Source of the DNA: Squalus acanthias
Taxonomy: Eukaryota
Length of the DNA: 64,000 nt
Assembly (NCBI GenBank): GCA_030390025.1
Contig: CM059432.1
Coordinates: forward strand, 143,842,001-143,906,000
Direction: 5' to 3'
This document shows positions 32,991 to 47,259 of this stretch, one piece after another. The translations under genes were made by a program, and so were the position numbers. How positions within the stretch are numbered: the stretch's first letter is position 1; every line of letters starts with the position of its first letter. Under the pieces are notes generated by a model. That model ran no database searches. It was given only the letters and a program-made list of their open reading frames with translations, and was not told the origin of the DNA.

Positions 32991-35329
32991 ATACCTGGCA
33001 CAGACTGACCTCGTTGGGGCCAACAGCTAAAGTGGAGTGCCTAGTCAGCAGGTGATGGCAGAGATACGTCTTGCTGATGGTCTGCCTCTCCTGGGTATTG
33101 TGTGCCGGTGTCTCCTGGAGTAAGATTAATAACACTAGGAGATGGTAAGCATCTGAATAATATCTCCCAGGTGCCAGCAGACAGCTGGTGTAATAGAGAG
33201 GACACGTGCTGGAAGGATTTAGCGTGAGAGGTTGGAGTTGTAGGGGGCCATATATAAGAAGGGCTTGTGAGAAAAGTTCTAGGTGGAAGTGTTGGACAGC
33301 CATTGAACCATGATGACTTGTCATTCCATTTAAGAAGGGAGGGTGCTGAACAGTGCCAAAGTGAAAAGAGGAAAGTGGTAGTTCTCTTACCTTGCTTGCC
33401 CTCGTCATATCATAAATTTTTTGTGGAACTGGTCTGCAATCTTTGGAATAAGAGTGGCACCCTCCCCCCCCCCCCCACCACCCGAATCGTTTGGGCTATT
33501 CCTTTCACTGGTGTTTTGCCCGTATCACCCCGGCAATCTGTCTGGTTCAACCTGAGACTGTGGCCAGGGGAGGGGGATGGAATCAGAGGTGAGGGTGCAG
33601 AATTTGTAGCAAAGGCCGAAGAGAACGGCTTTGATTTTCCCAGTGTTTAACCGCCGTTAATCGTGGCTCATCCAAGACTGGGTGACGGACACGCAGTCTG
33701 ACAGCATGGTGGAGCGAGGTGATGGAGAGGTAGAGCTGGGTGTCATCAGGTGGGAGACGGGCCAGGCGATTATGCCGGCCGCTCAAAGGAAGTGCTTGGA
33801 GGCCTGAGCCACTTTCATGGTTGAGCCTCATTTGCATTTAGTTGTCGAGCTCTACACACTTTTGGAGCAGCTCGCTGAACGGAAGGGGCAGGACATCTGG
33901 GAGCTCTGCTGCGGAGCGGGGAGGGGCCGTGATCCTGGGGGAGGTCTGCAGGGGGTCAACGAAAATCATTTTAAAACCTTTTTTTCTACTTTCTTTGAAT
34001 GGTCTAGAAATCCCCTTAATGTAACAGGCTCATATTTGCGGACACCTGTACATTGGCAGGAACGGGATGGTAAATGTTGCGCTGACTGTTTTGATGATGA
34101 GGGGATGAAATTCACCCCCGTTGTTTATGGCTACACGTGTTTTTATATAACATTCCCATTACTCTAATGAGCTAGCTATCTGGTTCCTGAAGACAGTATT
34201 ACGGACTGAGTGTCAGAGATTTCAGGCAGAAACTATGGAGATTGCAGGAAGAGGATACCTAAGTAGGAGAACATTAGCAGGTAAGATACTCATATTTGTT
34301 AATATGTAAGAGTCATTTCTGGCTAATATTCACAGAAATCAGGAAAGGAGGGTGCTGTGATAGCCCGATCAGTGCTTCTTATGGATAAAGTGGCTGCTTT
34401 TCTTCATGGTTTTGAAATTCTTCTCGATTTCCTTCACCTTCCTAAGAAGTTCCTCTATCTTAGAAAGGACTGTGTGTGTGTAGGCCCAGATCCATCCGGA
34501 TAAAGGAAGTCCTGCGAACCTGAGTGTGCAGTCGTACTATTGCTGTATCATGCGACTACCAGGATGGTAGATGGCGAACTAGATGAACCTTGGCCTCTTT
34601 TCATCCAGCAATTACCATGTTTATTCAATGCATCTACTCGGCAGCCCGTAGGTTGGTAGCCTGGCTGAGATAGAGAACTAACACATCATCTAGCAGAGTT
34701 GTGAGCGTTGACCTGTGCCCTGCCACACCTTGGCATGTGGCACAGTTACATCGATGTGCTGTGCCACCAGGTGATTCAAGCCTTCAAAGTGAGATTTAGT
34801 CATGATGCCCCGGCCACCATGCGGCAGGCTTGATGGACCAGCTGGTCTTTTCCTGCCCGTCAATTTTGTATGTTTGTATTTGCCACCTCGCCAGACAGCT
34901 CTCTGTATAAATGGACTGAATGGGTGGGTTTGTACTCAATCGTGCATTGCAGAAGGTCCCAGGTTGAATTCCTGGCCTGTGTTGAATTACCTGATTTCCC
35001 TTGAGGTGAGCCTCCATAATTCTCAGCACCTCGTTGACTTAAAAGTGCAAAAATCAGCAAGGGTTCTTTCTCACTCCTGATTGCTATCCAGCCATTCCTG
35101 CTAGAAAGTGCACATGGGTAGGTGTCGAGTGTGAACAGCAGTAGGCCTCCACGGTGAGACAGACTTTCAATATCTGCTGTCGATGCTCACCGGTGAATGT
35201 TGTCCAATCCCTCTTGAACTGTACCCCAGCTGAACTAATACCCTCAGGAGAGGAGGGAAAATATTGATATCAAGCAAGCTGGAATTTGCTGTTGTGGCTG
35301 AGATACATTTCACTACATGGACTCGTACA

Positions 35330-35800
35330 TAGGAATATAGGAAGGAACATAGTGAGAGGAATGGGCCATTCAGCCTGTCGAGCCTGTTCCGCCATTCAGT
35401 GAGATCATGGCTGATCTGTATTCTAACACCATCACCCAACTTGGCTCCATATCCCTTTACAACCTTGGCTAGCAAAAATCTATCGCTCTCAGCATTCAAA
35501 ATTATTAATTGAAGTAGCATCCACTACTTTTTTGTGGGAGAGAGTTCCACACTTTTACCACCCTTTGTATGAAGAAGTGTTTCCTAACGTCTCTCCTGAA
35601 TGGCCTGGCTCTGATTTTAAGGTTGTCCTAGACTCCCCCACCAGCGGGAAAAGTTTTCTCTACCTACCCGATCAATTCCTTTCAAAATCCTAAAAACCTC
35701 CATCAAATCAACCCTTAACCTTCTATATTACAGGGAGTACAAGCCTAGTTTATGCAATCTCTCTTATAATCTAACCCTTGGACCCCTGGGTAACATTCTG
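35330..35800 (-). mobile_element. CR1 3' fragment
   Basis: DRFLLAKVVKGYG plus CR1 3' UTR. Confidence 0.7.
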
Positions 35801-38800
35801 GACTACGGATCGCAGAAATAATAACATTTTCCACAACAGTTTCTGGGTGCTGGTCCTCGACGAAAGATTAGTCACAGTCGCAACATTGACCATCCTTCTC
35901 TTGAGAAGCATTAAACAGTGGGCCAGCTACACAAACCTTAAACCTCTCAAAGGAAAATCCCAGGTCTGGTCAGTGTTTCCAAAGCACCTTGTGCTGAGGG
36001 ATGTGGCGGTCATTACCGGCAGACAGAGTGAAGGCTCATCACAGCTTGATCCTCTGTAAGCATTTCTTCCCCAACTCTACAGTGAAGGAGGCTCCAGGAA
36101 GGCATAGTTCAATGAGAGTGTGGTTTGAACCTGCATTTTCAAGCCATCAAATAAAACTGATCCAGCTCCTCTCCAGTAAACTCTGAACACTGAAACATTT
36201 TGTTGCTAGGCAGCTCACAAAACACATGACATCATAATTGGGAAACGTTTTGTCAATATCTCTGTCACTGCCTGTCCCATCAAAGTGTTAATGACATCAT
36301 CACAATGTTTTGCCTGCACTGCAGCAACCAGTTAAATAGTCTGTCAACCTGTACTTTGTGAGGGAGGGTTATTCTTAAGTTTTTTTAAAACCAAAAAATA
36401 TAATTAAAAGACATTGGACAACTGGCAGTGGAATACAAAAGCAGGAATCCATTCCAGGGGTTCAAGTAACAACATAAACTGCAAGAGAGCTCAAGTGTTG
36501 GTTTGTCAGCTGAACCCTGAAATTGGATTATTGAAATGATATCCTAATAAGCTTTTCAGTATCTGTTTTCTCCCGTATTACCTTCCCTCCTTTCCTGAAG
36601 GCCACGACTACTTGTTGGGGTACAGTTCTACAGGTGCTGTTCGCCCTCCAGCATTTCACCTAAAGTGGCAACTCTTCAGGTGTGAGCCCAGAGAGTGAGT
36701 GACAGTGAGATATGTGAGATGGGGGCTAAATCGTGTTCTCATCCAGCATCCACACACAAACACTTGCTACAGGAATCACTGAAGAGCGATCAGTACCTGG
36801 AATACATTGGGGGTAACTTTAACTATGGGCGATGGTGTAAAATGCGCGATATTGAATTGGCTGTACGTTATACAACCCGCCAATCTTCCTATCCACTGAC
36901 CTCAATGGAAATCCAATCTGATCACAATCCCATGGACGCCAATCATCAGATATGGACACAATTAATATTGAAAATCTCTTGACACTGCTGACATAGGACG
37001 TTTAAATGGAAAGATGATTGAACATACTGATTTTCATCATACATATAATTTTATTTATATATTATCTTGCATCTGGCGTGTATCCATTATACTTCAGCAG
37101 TCGCTCCCCAGGTGTGGCAGTTCATTACAGATGCAAACCAGTCCTTTTAAAGAATGAAAAATGAGCCCATCACTTAGTGCTTCTGACCTACAGTCTGAAA
37201 TTCACAAGCTCTTTTCAATCTGCAAATTTCCCTTACCAAACAATTAAACTCTGAATGACCCTACGCTGTGCTTATTTCACCTTGTGGTCTTAAAGGGCCA
37301 CAGGGCCACCTTGTTAAACTAATATGCTACGTGTTACACGGTATTCCACTCCTGTTCTTATAAATAGCTGAGAGCGACACCACAGGTGGCCCTTCTTGTG
37401 GCTTGGCGAAGTCAGTCATCTCATTCGGACTGTGAACATGGAGAAATGTTCGGAGAGATTTAAGATTGCAGAGCATAAAGTGACACCATAAATGGAGCAG
37501 TGTTTATTTTTAAGCATAGCATACATCAAAATAGGCAGTGTTTCTTGTAATAAAAACAGTTCTGAGGAGTGAGTCATTCCCATAATAGCTAGTCGATCAA
37601 TGTAGTTTGGCCACAGAAAATCTGAAATGTATTTCAAATACTATTTGAAGTTCAACTTGGATATGAATGCTATATAAGCACCGAATTCACAGCATGTTTC
37701 CAGCCTTGATCAGGATTTTAAAGATAATTGGCTAAAGAACCAGAGGGGAGATGAAGAGAATTTTATTTACGCAGCGAGTTGCTATGATCTGGATTGCACT
37801 GCCTGAAAGGGCGGTGAAAGCAGATTCAATAATAACTTTCAAAAGGGAATTGGATAAATACTTGAAAAGGAAACATTTGCAGGGCTCTGGGGAAAAGAGC
37901 AGGGGGGAGTGGGACTAATTGGATCGCTCTTTCAAAGAGCCGGCACAAGCACGATGGGCCGAATGGCCTCCTCCTGTGCTGCAAGATTCGATGATTCCTA
38001 TTCCTGTTGATATCAATTACATCAAATTTCCAGCACAGAAACAGGCCATCCGGCTCAACTGGTCTATGTTCCACATGAGCCGCCTCCCACCCTACTTCAT
38101 CTCACCCCTATCAGCATAACCTTCTGTTCCTTTTTCCCTCATGTATTTATCGAGCTTCCCCTTAAATGCAGCTCCGCTATTTGCCTCAACTACTTCTTGT
38201 GGTAGTAAGTTGCACATTCTAACCACTCTCTGGGTAAAGAAGTTTCTCCTCAATTCCTTATAGGATTTATTGGGAACTCTTATATTTATGACCCCCTATT
38301 CAAGGACCTGTTGGGACTGAGATTTTAGATCAGAATCATAGAATGGTTACAGCACGGAAGAAGGCCATTCAGCCCGTGCCGCCTCTCTGCAAGAGCACTT
38401 CAGCTAGTCCCACTCCCCTGCCCCCGCCCTTTCCTCATAGCCCTGCAAATGTTTTTCCTTCAGGTACTTATCCAACTCCCTTTTGAAAGCCACGATTGAA
38501 TCTGCCTCCACCACCCTTTCAGGCAGTGCATTCCAGATCCTAACCACTTGCTGAGTAAAAAAGTTTTTCCTCATGTCGCCTTTGGTTCTTTTGCCAATCA
38601 CCTTAAATCTGTGTCCTCTGGTTCTCGACCCTTCTGCCAATGGGAGCAGTTTCTCTCTATCTACTCTGTCCAGACCCCTCATGATTTTGAACACCTCGAT
38701 CAAATCTCCTCTCACTCTTCTCTGCTCTAAGGAGAACAACCCCAGCTTCTCCAGTCTATCCACGTAACTGAAGTCCCTCATCCTTGGAATCATTCTCGTA

Positions 38801-40292
38801 AATCTTTTCTGCACCCTCTCTAAGGCCTTTACATCATCCCTAAAGTGCGGTGCCCAGAATTGGACACAATACTCCAGTTGAGAACAAACCAGTGTTTTAT
38901 ACAGGTTCATCATCATTTCCACGCTTTTGTACTCGATACCTCTATTCATGAAGCCCAGGATCCCATAAGCTTTTTTAACTGCTTTCTCAATCTGCCCTGC
39001 CACCTTCAACGATTTGTGCACATATACCCCTAGGTCTCTCTGTTCATGCACCCACTTTAGGATTATACCCTTTAGTTTATATTTCCTCTCTTCATTCTTT
39101 CTACCAAAATGTATCACTTCGCACTTTTCTGTGTTAAATTTCATTACCACGTGTCCGCCCATTCCACCAGCCTGTCTGTCCTATTGAAGTCTATCACTAT
39201 CCTCCTCACTGTTCACTATACTTCCAAGTTTTGTCTCATCTGCAAGTTTTGAAATTGTGCCCTGTACACCCACATCCAAGCCAATAATATATATCAAGAA
39301 AAGCAGTGGTCCTAGAACCGACCCCTGGGCAACACCACTGTATACCTTCCTCCAGTCCGAAAAACAACCGTTCACCACTACTCTCTGTTTCCTGTCACTT
39401 AGCCAATTTTGTATCCACGCTGCCACTGTCCCTTTTATTCCATGGGCTTCAACTTTGCTGGCAAGCCTATTTTGTGGCACTTTGTCGAACACCTTTTGAA
39501 AATCCATATACACCACGTCAACCGCATTGCCCTCATCAACCCTCTCTGTTACCTTATCAAAAAACTCAATCAAGTTGGTTAAACACTATTTGCTTTTAAC
39601 AAATCCGTGCTGACTTTCCTTAATTAATCCACACCTGTCCAAGTGACTGTTAATTTTGTCCCTGATTATTGTTTCTAAAAGCTTCCCCACTACCGAAGTT
39701 AAACTGACTGGCCTGAAGTTGCTAGGTTTATCTTTACACCCTTTTTTGAACAATGGTGTAACATTTGCAATTCTCCAGTCCTCTGGTACCATCCCCGTTT
39801 CTAAGGAGGATTGGAAGATTATGGCCAGTACCTCCATGATTTCTTCCTTCACTTCCCTCAGTGTCCTAGGATGCATCCCATCTGGTCTTGGTGCCTTATC
39901 TACTTTAAATACAGCCAGCCTTTCTAGTACCTCCTCTTTATCAGTTTTTATCCCATCCAGTATCTCCTCTACCTCCTCCTTCACTATATCCAGGGCAGCA
40001 TCTTGTTCCTTGGTGACAGATGCAAATTACACATTTAGCACCTCAGCCATACCCTCTGTCTCCATGTGTAGGTCTCCTTTTTGGTCCCTACTCGGCCCCA
40101 CCCCTCCTCTTACTACCCGTTTACTATTTATATGCCTATAGAAGACTTTTGGATTACCTTTTTTGTTAGCTGCCATTCTCTTCTCATACACTCTCTTTGC
40201 CCCTCTTATTTTCTTTTTCACTTCTCCTCTGAACTTTCTATATTTAGCCTGATTCTCGACCTGACATCTGTCATACGCGCTCTTTTTCTGTT

Positions 40293-43200
40293 TAAGAACA
40301 TAAGAAATAGGAGCAGGAGTAGGCCCCTCGAGCCTGCTCCGCCATTCAATAAGATCATGGCTGATCTTCTACCTCATCTCCACTTTCCTGCACCATCCCC
40401 ATATTCCTTGATTCCTTTAATATTTGAAAATCTATCAATCTCTGTCTGGAATATACTCAACGACTGAGCCTCCACAGCCCTCTAGGGTAGAGAATTCCAA
40501 AGATTCACCAACCTCTGAGTGAAGAAATTGCTCCTCATTTCAGTCCTAAATGGCCGACCCTTTATTCTGAGCCTGTGACCCCTGGTTCTAGACTCCCCAG
40601 CCAGGGGAAACATCCTCCCTGCATCTACCCTGTCAAGCCCTGTAAGAATTTTGTATGTTTCAATGAGATCACCTCTTATTCTTCTAAACTCTAGAGAATA
40701 TAGGCCCAGTCTACTCAATCTCTCCTCATAGTACAATCCCCCCATCCCAGGAACCAGTCTGGTGGACCTTCGTTGCACTCCCTCTATGGCAAGTATATCC
40801 TTCCTTAGGTAAGTGCCCATGGATTGGAGGGTAGCTAACGTTACCCCACTATTCAAAAAGGGGGGTAGGGAAAAAGCAGGTAATTACAGACCTGTAAGCC
40901 TTACATCAGTTGTGGGCAAAATGCTGGAGTCCATCATTAAGGATGAAATAGCAGAGCACTTAGCAAATGGGGACAGGATAGGACAGAGTCAACATGGATT
41001 TACAAAGGGTAAATCGTGCTTGACTAATCTATTGGAATTTTTTGAGGGAGTAACTGGTAAAATAGATGGGGGAGAGCCAGTAGATGTGGTGTACCTGGAC
41101 TTCCAAAAGGCCTTCGACAAGGTCCCACATAAAAGATTAGCATGGAAAATTGAAGCTCATGGGATAAAGGGGAAAGTATTGACGTGGATAGAGAACTGGC
41201 TGTCAGATAGAAAACAGAGAGTTGGAATAAACGGCTCATTTTCTGAATGGCAGGCAGTAACAAGTGGGGTACCACAGGGATCTGTCCTGGGTCCCCAGCT
41301 GTTCACAATTTACATTAATGACCTGGATCAGGGAGTCGGATGCAGCATTTCCAAATTTGCAGACGACACTAAACTAGGAGGGGGGGGTGGGCTCAGAGGA
41401 GGAGACCAGGAAGCTCCAGAGCGATTTGGACAGACTGGGTGATTGGGCGGTTAAATGGCAGATGCACTATAATGTGGACAAGTGCGAAGTTATCCACCTT
41501 GGGTGCAGGAACGGGAGGGCAAATTATTATTTAAATGGCAATAAATTGGGAGAGGGGGAAGTACAGAGAGACCTGGGTGTTCTTGTACACCAGTCACTGA
41601 AGGCGAGCATGCAGGTGCAACAGGCGGTCAAGAAGGCAAACGGTATGCTGGCCTTCATAGCAAAAGGGTTGGAATACAGGAACAGGGATACCTTGCTGCA
41701 GCTGTACAGGGCACTGGTGAGACCACACCTCGAGTACTGTGTACAGTTTTGGTCGCCTCATCTGAGGAAAGATGTTCTTGCCATGGAGGGGGTGCAGCGG
41801 CGATTCACCAGGCTGATACCAGGAATGGCGGGATTGACCTATGAGGAGAGACTATGTAGTTTAGGGATGTACACACTGGAGTTTAGAAGATTGAGAGGGG
41901 ACCTCATAGAAGTGTATAAAATTCTGACAGGTCAAGACAGACTAGATGCAGAAGGAATGTTTCCCTTGGCGGGTGAGAACAGAACTAGAGGACATAATTT
42001 AAGGATAAGGGCTAAACCATTTAGGACAGAAATGAGGGGGAATTTCTTCACTCAGAGGGTGGTGAACCTGTGGAACTCATTGCCACAGAGGGCAGTGTAC
42101 GCCAGCTCATTAAATATATTTAAGAGGGAATTAGATATATTTCTACAGGCAAAAGGGGTTAAGGGTTACGGAGAGAAGGCGGGGACGGGATACTGAATTG
42201 GAGGATCAGCCATGATCTCATTAAATGGCGGAGCAGGCTCGAAGGGCCGGATGGCCTACTCCTGCTCCTATCTTCTATGTATCTATGTATCTATGAGACC
42301 AAAACTGCACACAACACTCCAGGTGTGGTCTCACCAGGGCCCTATATAATTGCAGTAAGACGTCTTTACTCTTATACTCAAATCCTCTTGTAATAAAGGC
42401 CAAAAAAAACATTTGTTTTCCTATTTGCTTGCTGTACCTGCATGATAACTTTTAGTGATTAGTGTACAAGGACACCCAGGTCCCTCTGAGCACCAACATT
42501 TCCTAATCTCTCACCATTTAAAAAATACTGTGCTTTTCTATTTTTCCCTACCAAAGTGGATAACTTCACATTTCTCCACATTATATTCCATTTGCCATGT
42601 TCTTGCCCACTCACTTAGCCTGTCTATATCCCCTTGAAGCCTCCTTGCATCCTCCTCATGACTTACATTCCCACCCAGCTTTGTATCATCAAGAAATTTG
42701 GATATATTACATTTGGTCCCCTCATCCAAATCATTGATGTAGATTGTGAATAGCTGAGGCCCAAGCACTGATCCTTGCGGTACCCCACTAGTTACAGCCT
42801 GCCAACCCGAAAATGACCCGTTTATTCCTACTCTCTGTTTTCTGTCTGTTAACCAATCCTTAATCCACACTAGTATATTACCACCAATCCCATGAGCCCT
42901 AATTTTGTTTAATAACCTCTTGTGTGGCACCTTATCGAATGCCTTCTGAAAATCCAAATACACCACATCCACTGGTTCCCCCTTATCTATACTGCTAGTT
43001 ACAACCTCAAAAAACTCTAACAGATTTGTCAAACACGATTTCCCTTTCATAAATCTGTGTTGACTCTGCCCAATCCTATTATTTTCTAAGTGCCCTTTTA
43101 CTATGTCCTTAATAATAAACTACATAGTTTGCTTTGTTTAGATTTAAGACCCTAGTTTTGGATTTAACTGAATCACTTTCAAACTCAATGTAAAATTCTA

Positions 43201-43990
43201 TCATATTATGGTCACTCTTCCCTAAAGGCCCCTTTACTACAAGGCTATTAATTAACCCTTTCTTGTTGCACATACTAGATCTAAAATAGCCTGTTCCCTA
43301 GTTGGTTCCTCAACATACTGATCTAGAAAACTATCTTGCATACTTTCCATGAATTCGTCCTCCACACTATTACTGCAAATTTGGTTTGCCCAGTCTATAT
43401 GTAGATTAAAGTCCCCCATGATTACTGTATTACCCTTGTTACATGCACCTCTAATTTCCTGATTTATACTCTGCCTGACATTACAACTACTGTTTGGGGG
43501 CCTATATACAACTCCCACCAGTGTTTTCTGCCCCTTGCTGTTTCTTAGCTCCACCCAAACTGATTCTACTTCTTGATTTTCGAAGCTAAGATCCTTTCTC
43601 TCTACTGTCTTTATCCTATTCTTTATTATCAGGGCTACCCCTCCTCCTTTTCCATTTTGCCTATCTCTTCTAAAGGTTAAGTATCCTGGAATATTTACTT
43701 CCCAACCTTGGCCACTTTGCAACCACGTCTCCGTTATGGCTATTAGCGCATTCTGATATAGGGCCTTTAGCTTTGACTTATTTCTATTTTTCCCTGATGT
43801 CACCTTAGTCACTGATGCCTTTTTACCTTTGTTACTCTCTCTGTCCCTTCCTGATCCACTCTGCTTATTTTTACCCAAAACTTTACTCTGCTCCAGAGCC
43901 TTGACATTTCTCTCGCTGCTTTTAAATTTACTCTTTCCTGAATCCTCCCATCCTCCCTTCATTAGTTTAAAGCCCTGTCTACTGCCCTAG
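40293..43990 (-). mobile_element. CR1 element B nested in A (ORF1 end plus ORF2 with internal deletion), split by element C
   Basis: Tail at 40293; ORFs 40482-40856, 42538-43050 and 43252-43962; ORF1 end AVDRALN* at 43962-43985. Confidence 0.8.
40813..42294 (+). mobile_element. Young 5'-truncated CR1 (element C), near-identical sibling of 16952-18435
   Basis: Essentially identical RT C-terminal translation and (TCTATGTA)n tail; one frameshift in the G-run at ~41380. Confidence 0.93.
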
Positions 43991-45019
43991 TTATTGCCCT
44001 AGTCTACTTCATCTTACTCTCTATCTCTTTCGTCATCCAGAGAGCTCTGACTTTAGTTGCCCTATCTTTCCCCCTCGTGGGAATGTACCTCGACTGTACC
44101 CGAACTATTTCCTCTTCAAAGGCAGCCCATTGTTCCATTACAGTTTTGCCTGCCAATCTTTGATTCCAATTCACCCAGGCCAGATCCGTTCTCATCCCTC
44201 TAAAATTGGCCTTCCTCCAATTAAATATTTTTACTCTAGATTGCTCCCTGTTTTTTTCCATAGCTAATCTAAATCTTATGATACTATGATCACTGTTCCC
44301 TAAATGTTCACCAACTGACACTTGCTCCACTTGACCTACCTCATTCCCCAGAACCAGATCCAGCAATGCCTCCTTCCTCATTGGGCCGGAAACGTACTGA
44401 TCAAGAAAGTTCTCCTGAACAATCTTCAGAAATTCTTCCCCTCTCTGCCCTTTACACTATTACGATCCCAGTCTATATTAAGATAGTTGAAGTCCTCCAT
44501 TATCACTACTCAAGAGTTCTTGCATCTCTCTGTAATTTCTCTGCAAATTTGCTCCTCCATATTTTTCCCACTAGTTGATGGCCTTTAGAATATACCTAGT
44601 AGTGTAATGGCACCTCTATTATTTCTTAACTAGCCATATGGATTCTGTCCTTGACCCCTCCAGGACATCCTCTCTCCAACACTGTAACATTCTCCTTAAC
44701 CAATACTACCACACCACCTCCTATCTTTCCTGAACACCTTATATCCAGGATTATTTAATACCCAATCCTGCCCTTTTTTGAGCCAGGTCTCCACTATTGC
44801 CATGACATCATATTCCCATGTGGCTATTTGCGCCTGCAGCTCACCAACCTTATTTACTATGCTACGTGCGTTCACATACTTACACTGTAAATCTATCTCA
44901 GACCATCCTGTGTTGTCTCTTAGTCTGACCCCACCTAATACCTGACTATTTCTTACTCTAGTGCTATCCGTCTCTCCCAATCCTTTGTGCCCTTTGTTTC
45001 TCCTTTCTAATACTACATT

Positions 45020-47040
45020 CTATCATAGGAAAATTACGACACAGTCGGAAAAGAGCTACCCAGCCTAATCCCACCTTCCAGCTCTTGGTCCATAGCCCTG
45101 TAGGTTACGGCTCTTCAAGTGCACATCCAAGTACTTTTTAAATGTGATGAGGTTCTCTGCCTCTACCACCCTTTCAGGCAGTGAGTTCCAGACCCCCACC
45201 ACCCTCTGGGTGAAAACATTTTTCCTCATCTCCCCTCTAAACCTCCTACCAACTACTTTAAATCTATGCCCCCTGGTTCTTGATACCTCTGCTAAGGGAA
45301 AGAGGTCCTTCCTATCCACTCTATCTAGGCCCCTCATAATTTTATACATCTCAATTAAATCTCCCCTCAGCCTCCTCTGTTCCAAGGAAAACAACCCCAG
45401 CCTGTCCAATCTTTCCTCATAGCTAAAGTTTTCCAGTCCTGGCAACATCCTTATAAATCTTCTCTGCACCCTCTCCAGTCCAATCACACCCTTCCTGTAA
45501 TGTGGTGACCAGAACTGCAGGCAGTACTCAAGCTGTGGCCTAACCAGTGTTGTACACAACTCTAGCATAACTTCCCTGCTCTTATATTCTATGCCTCGGC
45601 TAATAAAGGAAAGCATTCCGTACGCCTTTTTAACTGCTTTATCAACCTGTCCTGCTACCTTTAAGGATCTGTGGACATACACTCCAAGGTCCCTCTGTTC
45701 CTCCACACCTCTCAGGATCCTCCCATTAATTGTGAATTCCCTTGCCTTGTTGCCCCTCCCCAAATGCATTACCTCCCACTTTTCCAGATTGAATTCCATT
45801 TGCCACTTTTCTGCCCAACTGACCAGTTCGTGATATCTTCCTGCAGTCTAAAGCTTTCCCCCCTCACTGTCAACCACACGGCCAATTTTTGTATCATCTG
45901 CAAATTTCTTCATCATGCTCCCTACATTTAAGTCTAAATCATTAAATAGATACTACAAAAAGTAAGGGACCGAGTACTGAGCCCTGTGGAACCCCACTGG
46001 AAGCAGCCTTAACCATTACCCTTTGCTTCCTGCCACTAAGCCAATTTTGGATCCAATTTGCCACTCTCCCTTGGATCCCATGGGCTTTTACTTTTTTGAT
46101 CAGCCTGCCATGTGGGACCTTGTCAAACGCCTTGCTAAAATCCATGTAGACTACATCAAACGCACTGCCCTCATCGACCCTCCTTGTTACCTCCTCAAAG
46201 AATTCAATCAAGTTAGTCAGACACGACCTTCCCTTAACAAAACCATGTCCTTGATTAATCTGTCTTTCAAAATGAAGGTTTATACTGTCCCTCAGAATTG
46301 ATTCCAGTAATTTGCCCACCACCAAGGTTAAACTAACTGGCCTGTAATTGCTCGGTTTATCCCTTCCTCCCTTTTTAAACAATGGTACAACATTAGCAGT
46401 TCTCCAATCCTCTGGCACCACTCCTGTAGCCAGGGAGGATTGGAAAATGATGGTCAGAGCCTCTGCAATTTCCTCCCTTGCTTCTTTTAATAGCCTCAGA
46501 TATATTTCATCCGGTCCTGGCAATTTACTTACTTTCAAGGATGCTAAACCCCTTAATACTTCCTCTCTTACTATGTTTATCCCGTCCAATATTTCACTAT
46601 CTTCCTCCTTAACTTCAGCATCGGCATCGGCCCCCTCTTTTGTGAATACAGCTGCAAAGTATTCATTAAGTACCTTACCCACATCCTCCGCCTCCACACA
46701 TAGATCACCATTTTGGTCCCTGATAGGCCCGACTCTTTCCTTACTTATCCTCTTGCTGTTTATGTAATTATAAAAGATCTTTGGGTTTTCTTTGATTCTA
46801 CTTGCCAGTCTTTTTGCTTTCCTAATTTCCTTCTTAATTTCACCCCTACATTTTCTATACTCTTCTAGGCTTTCTGCAGTATTGAGCTCACGATATCTGA
46901 TATAGGCTTCCCTTTTTTGCCTTATCTTACCCTGCATGCACCTTGTCATCCAGGGGACTCTAAATTTGGCAGTTCTACCCTTTTTCTTTGTTTACCCTGA
47001 ACTCCATGTATCTCCCACTGCTCTGACACTGATTTACCTT
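45020..47040 (-). mobile_element. Old CR1 element D (ORF2 3' part)
   Basis: ORFs 45065-45799 and 45942-46949 with RT motifs [23 protein letters not shown]. Confidence 0.85.
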
Positions 47041-47144
47041 CAAGTAACTTTTCAACCTATAACTTTTCCCCATAGCTCTCGAAACCTTTTCCTTTCCAAG
47101 TGATTTATTTAAAAAAAAATCGAAATGCATGAGGCTCATCCTAA

Positions 47145-47252
47145 GCTTGAAATAAAAAAGAGAAAATGCTGGAAATTCTGAGCAAGTCGGGCAGCATCTG
47201 TGGCGAGAGAAACAGAGTTAACGTGTGAGGTCGATAACCTTTGGTCAGAACC
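47145..47252 (-). mobile_element. Degenerate Penelope-like pLTR fragment
   Basis: GAAAATGCTGGAAA..CAGCATCTGTGG..GAAACAGAGTTAACGT, as at 56939-57075 and 62160-62255. Confidence 0.6.
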
Positions 47253-47259
47253 TCAAGTG

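Larger units (their letters stand above)
38337..45020 (-). mobile_element. Old CR1 element A (ORF2 pieces at 38337-40292 and ~44000-45020), split by nested CR1s
   Basis: The reading ..KEIESKMK (44004) continues as QKKSAYDRCQV.. (~40290); EN and RT motifs with frameshifts. Confidence 0.8.
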
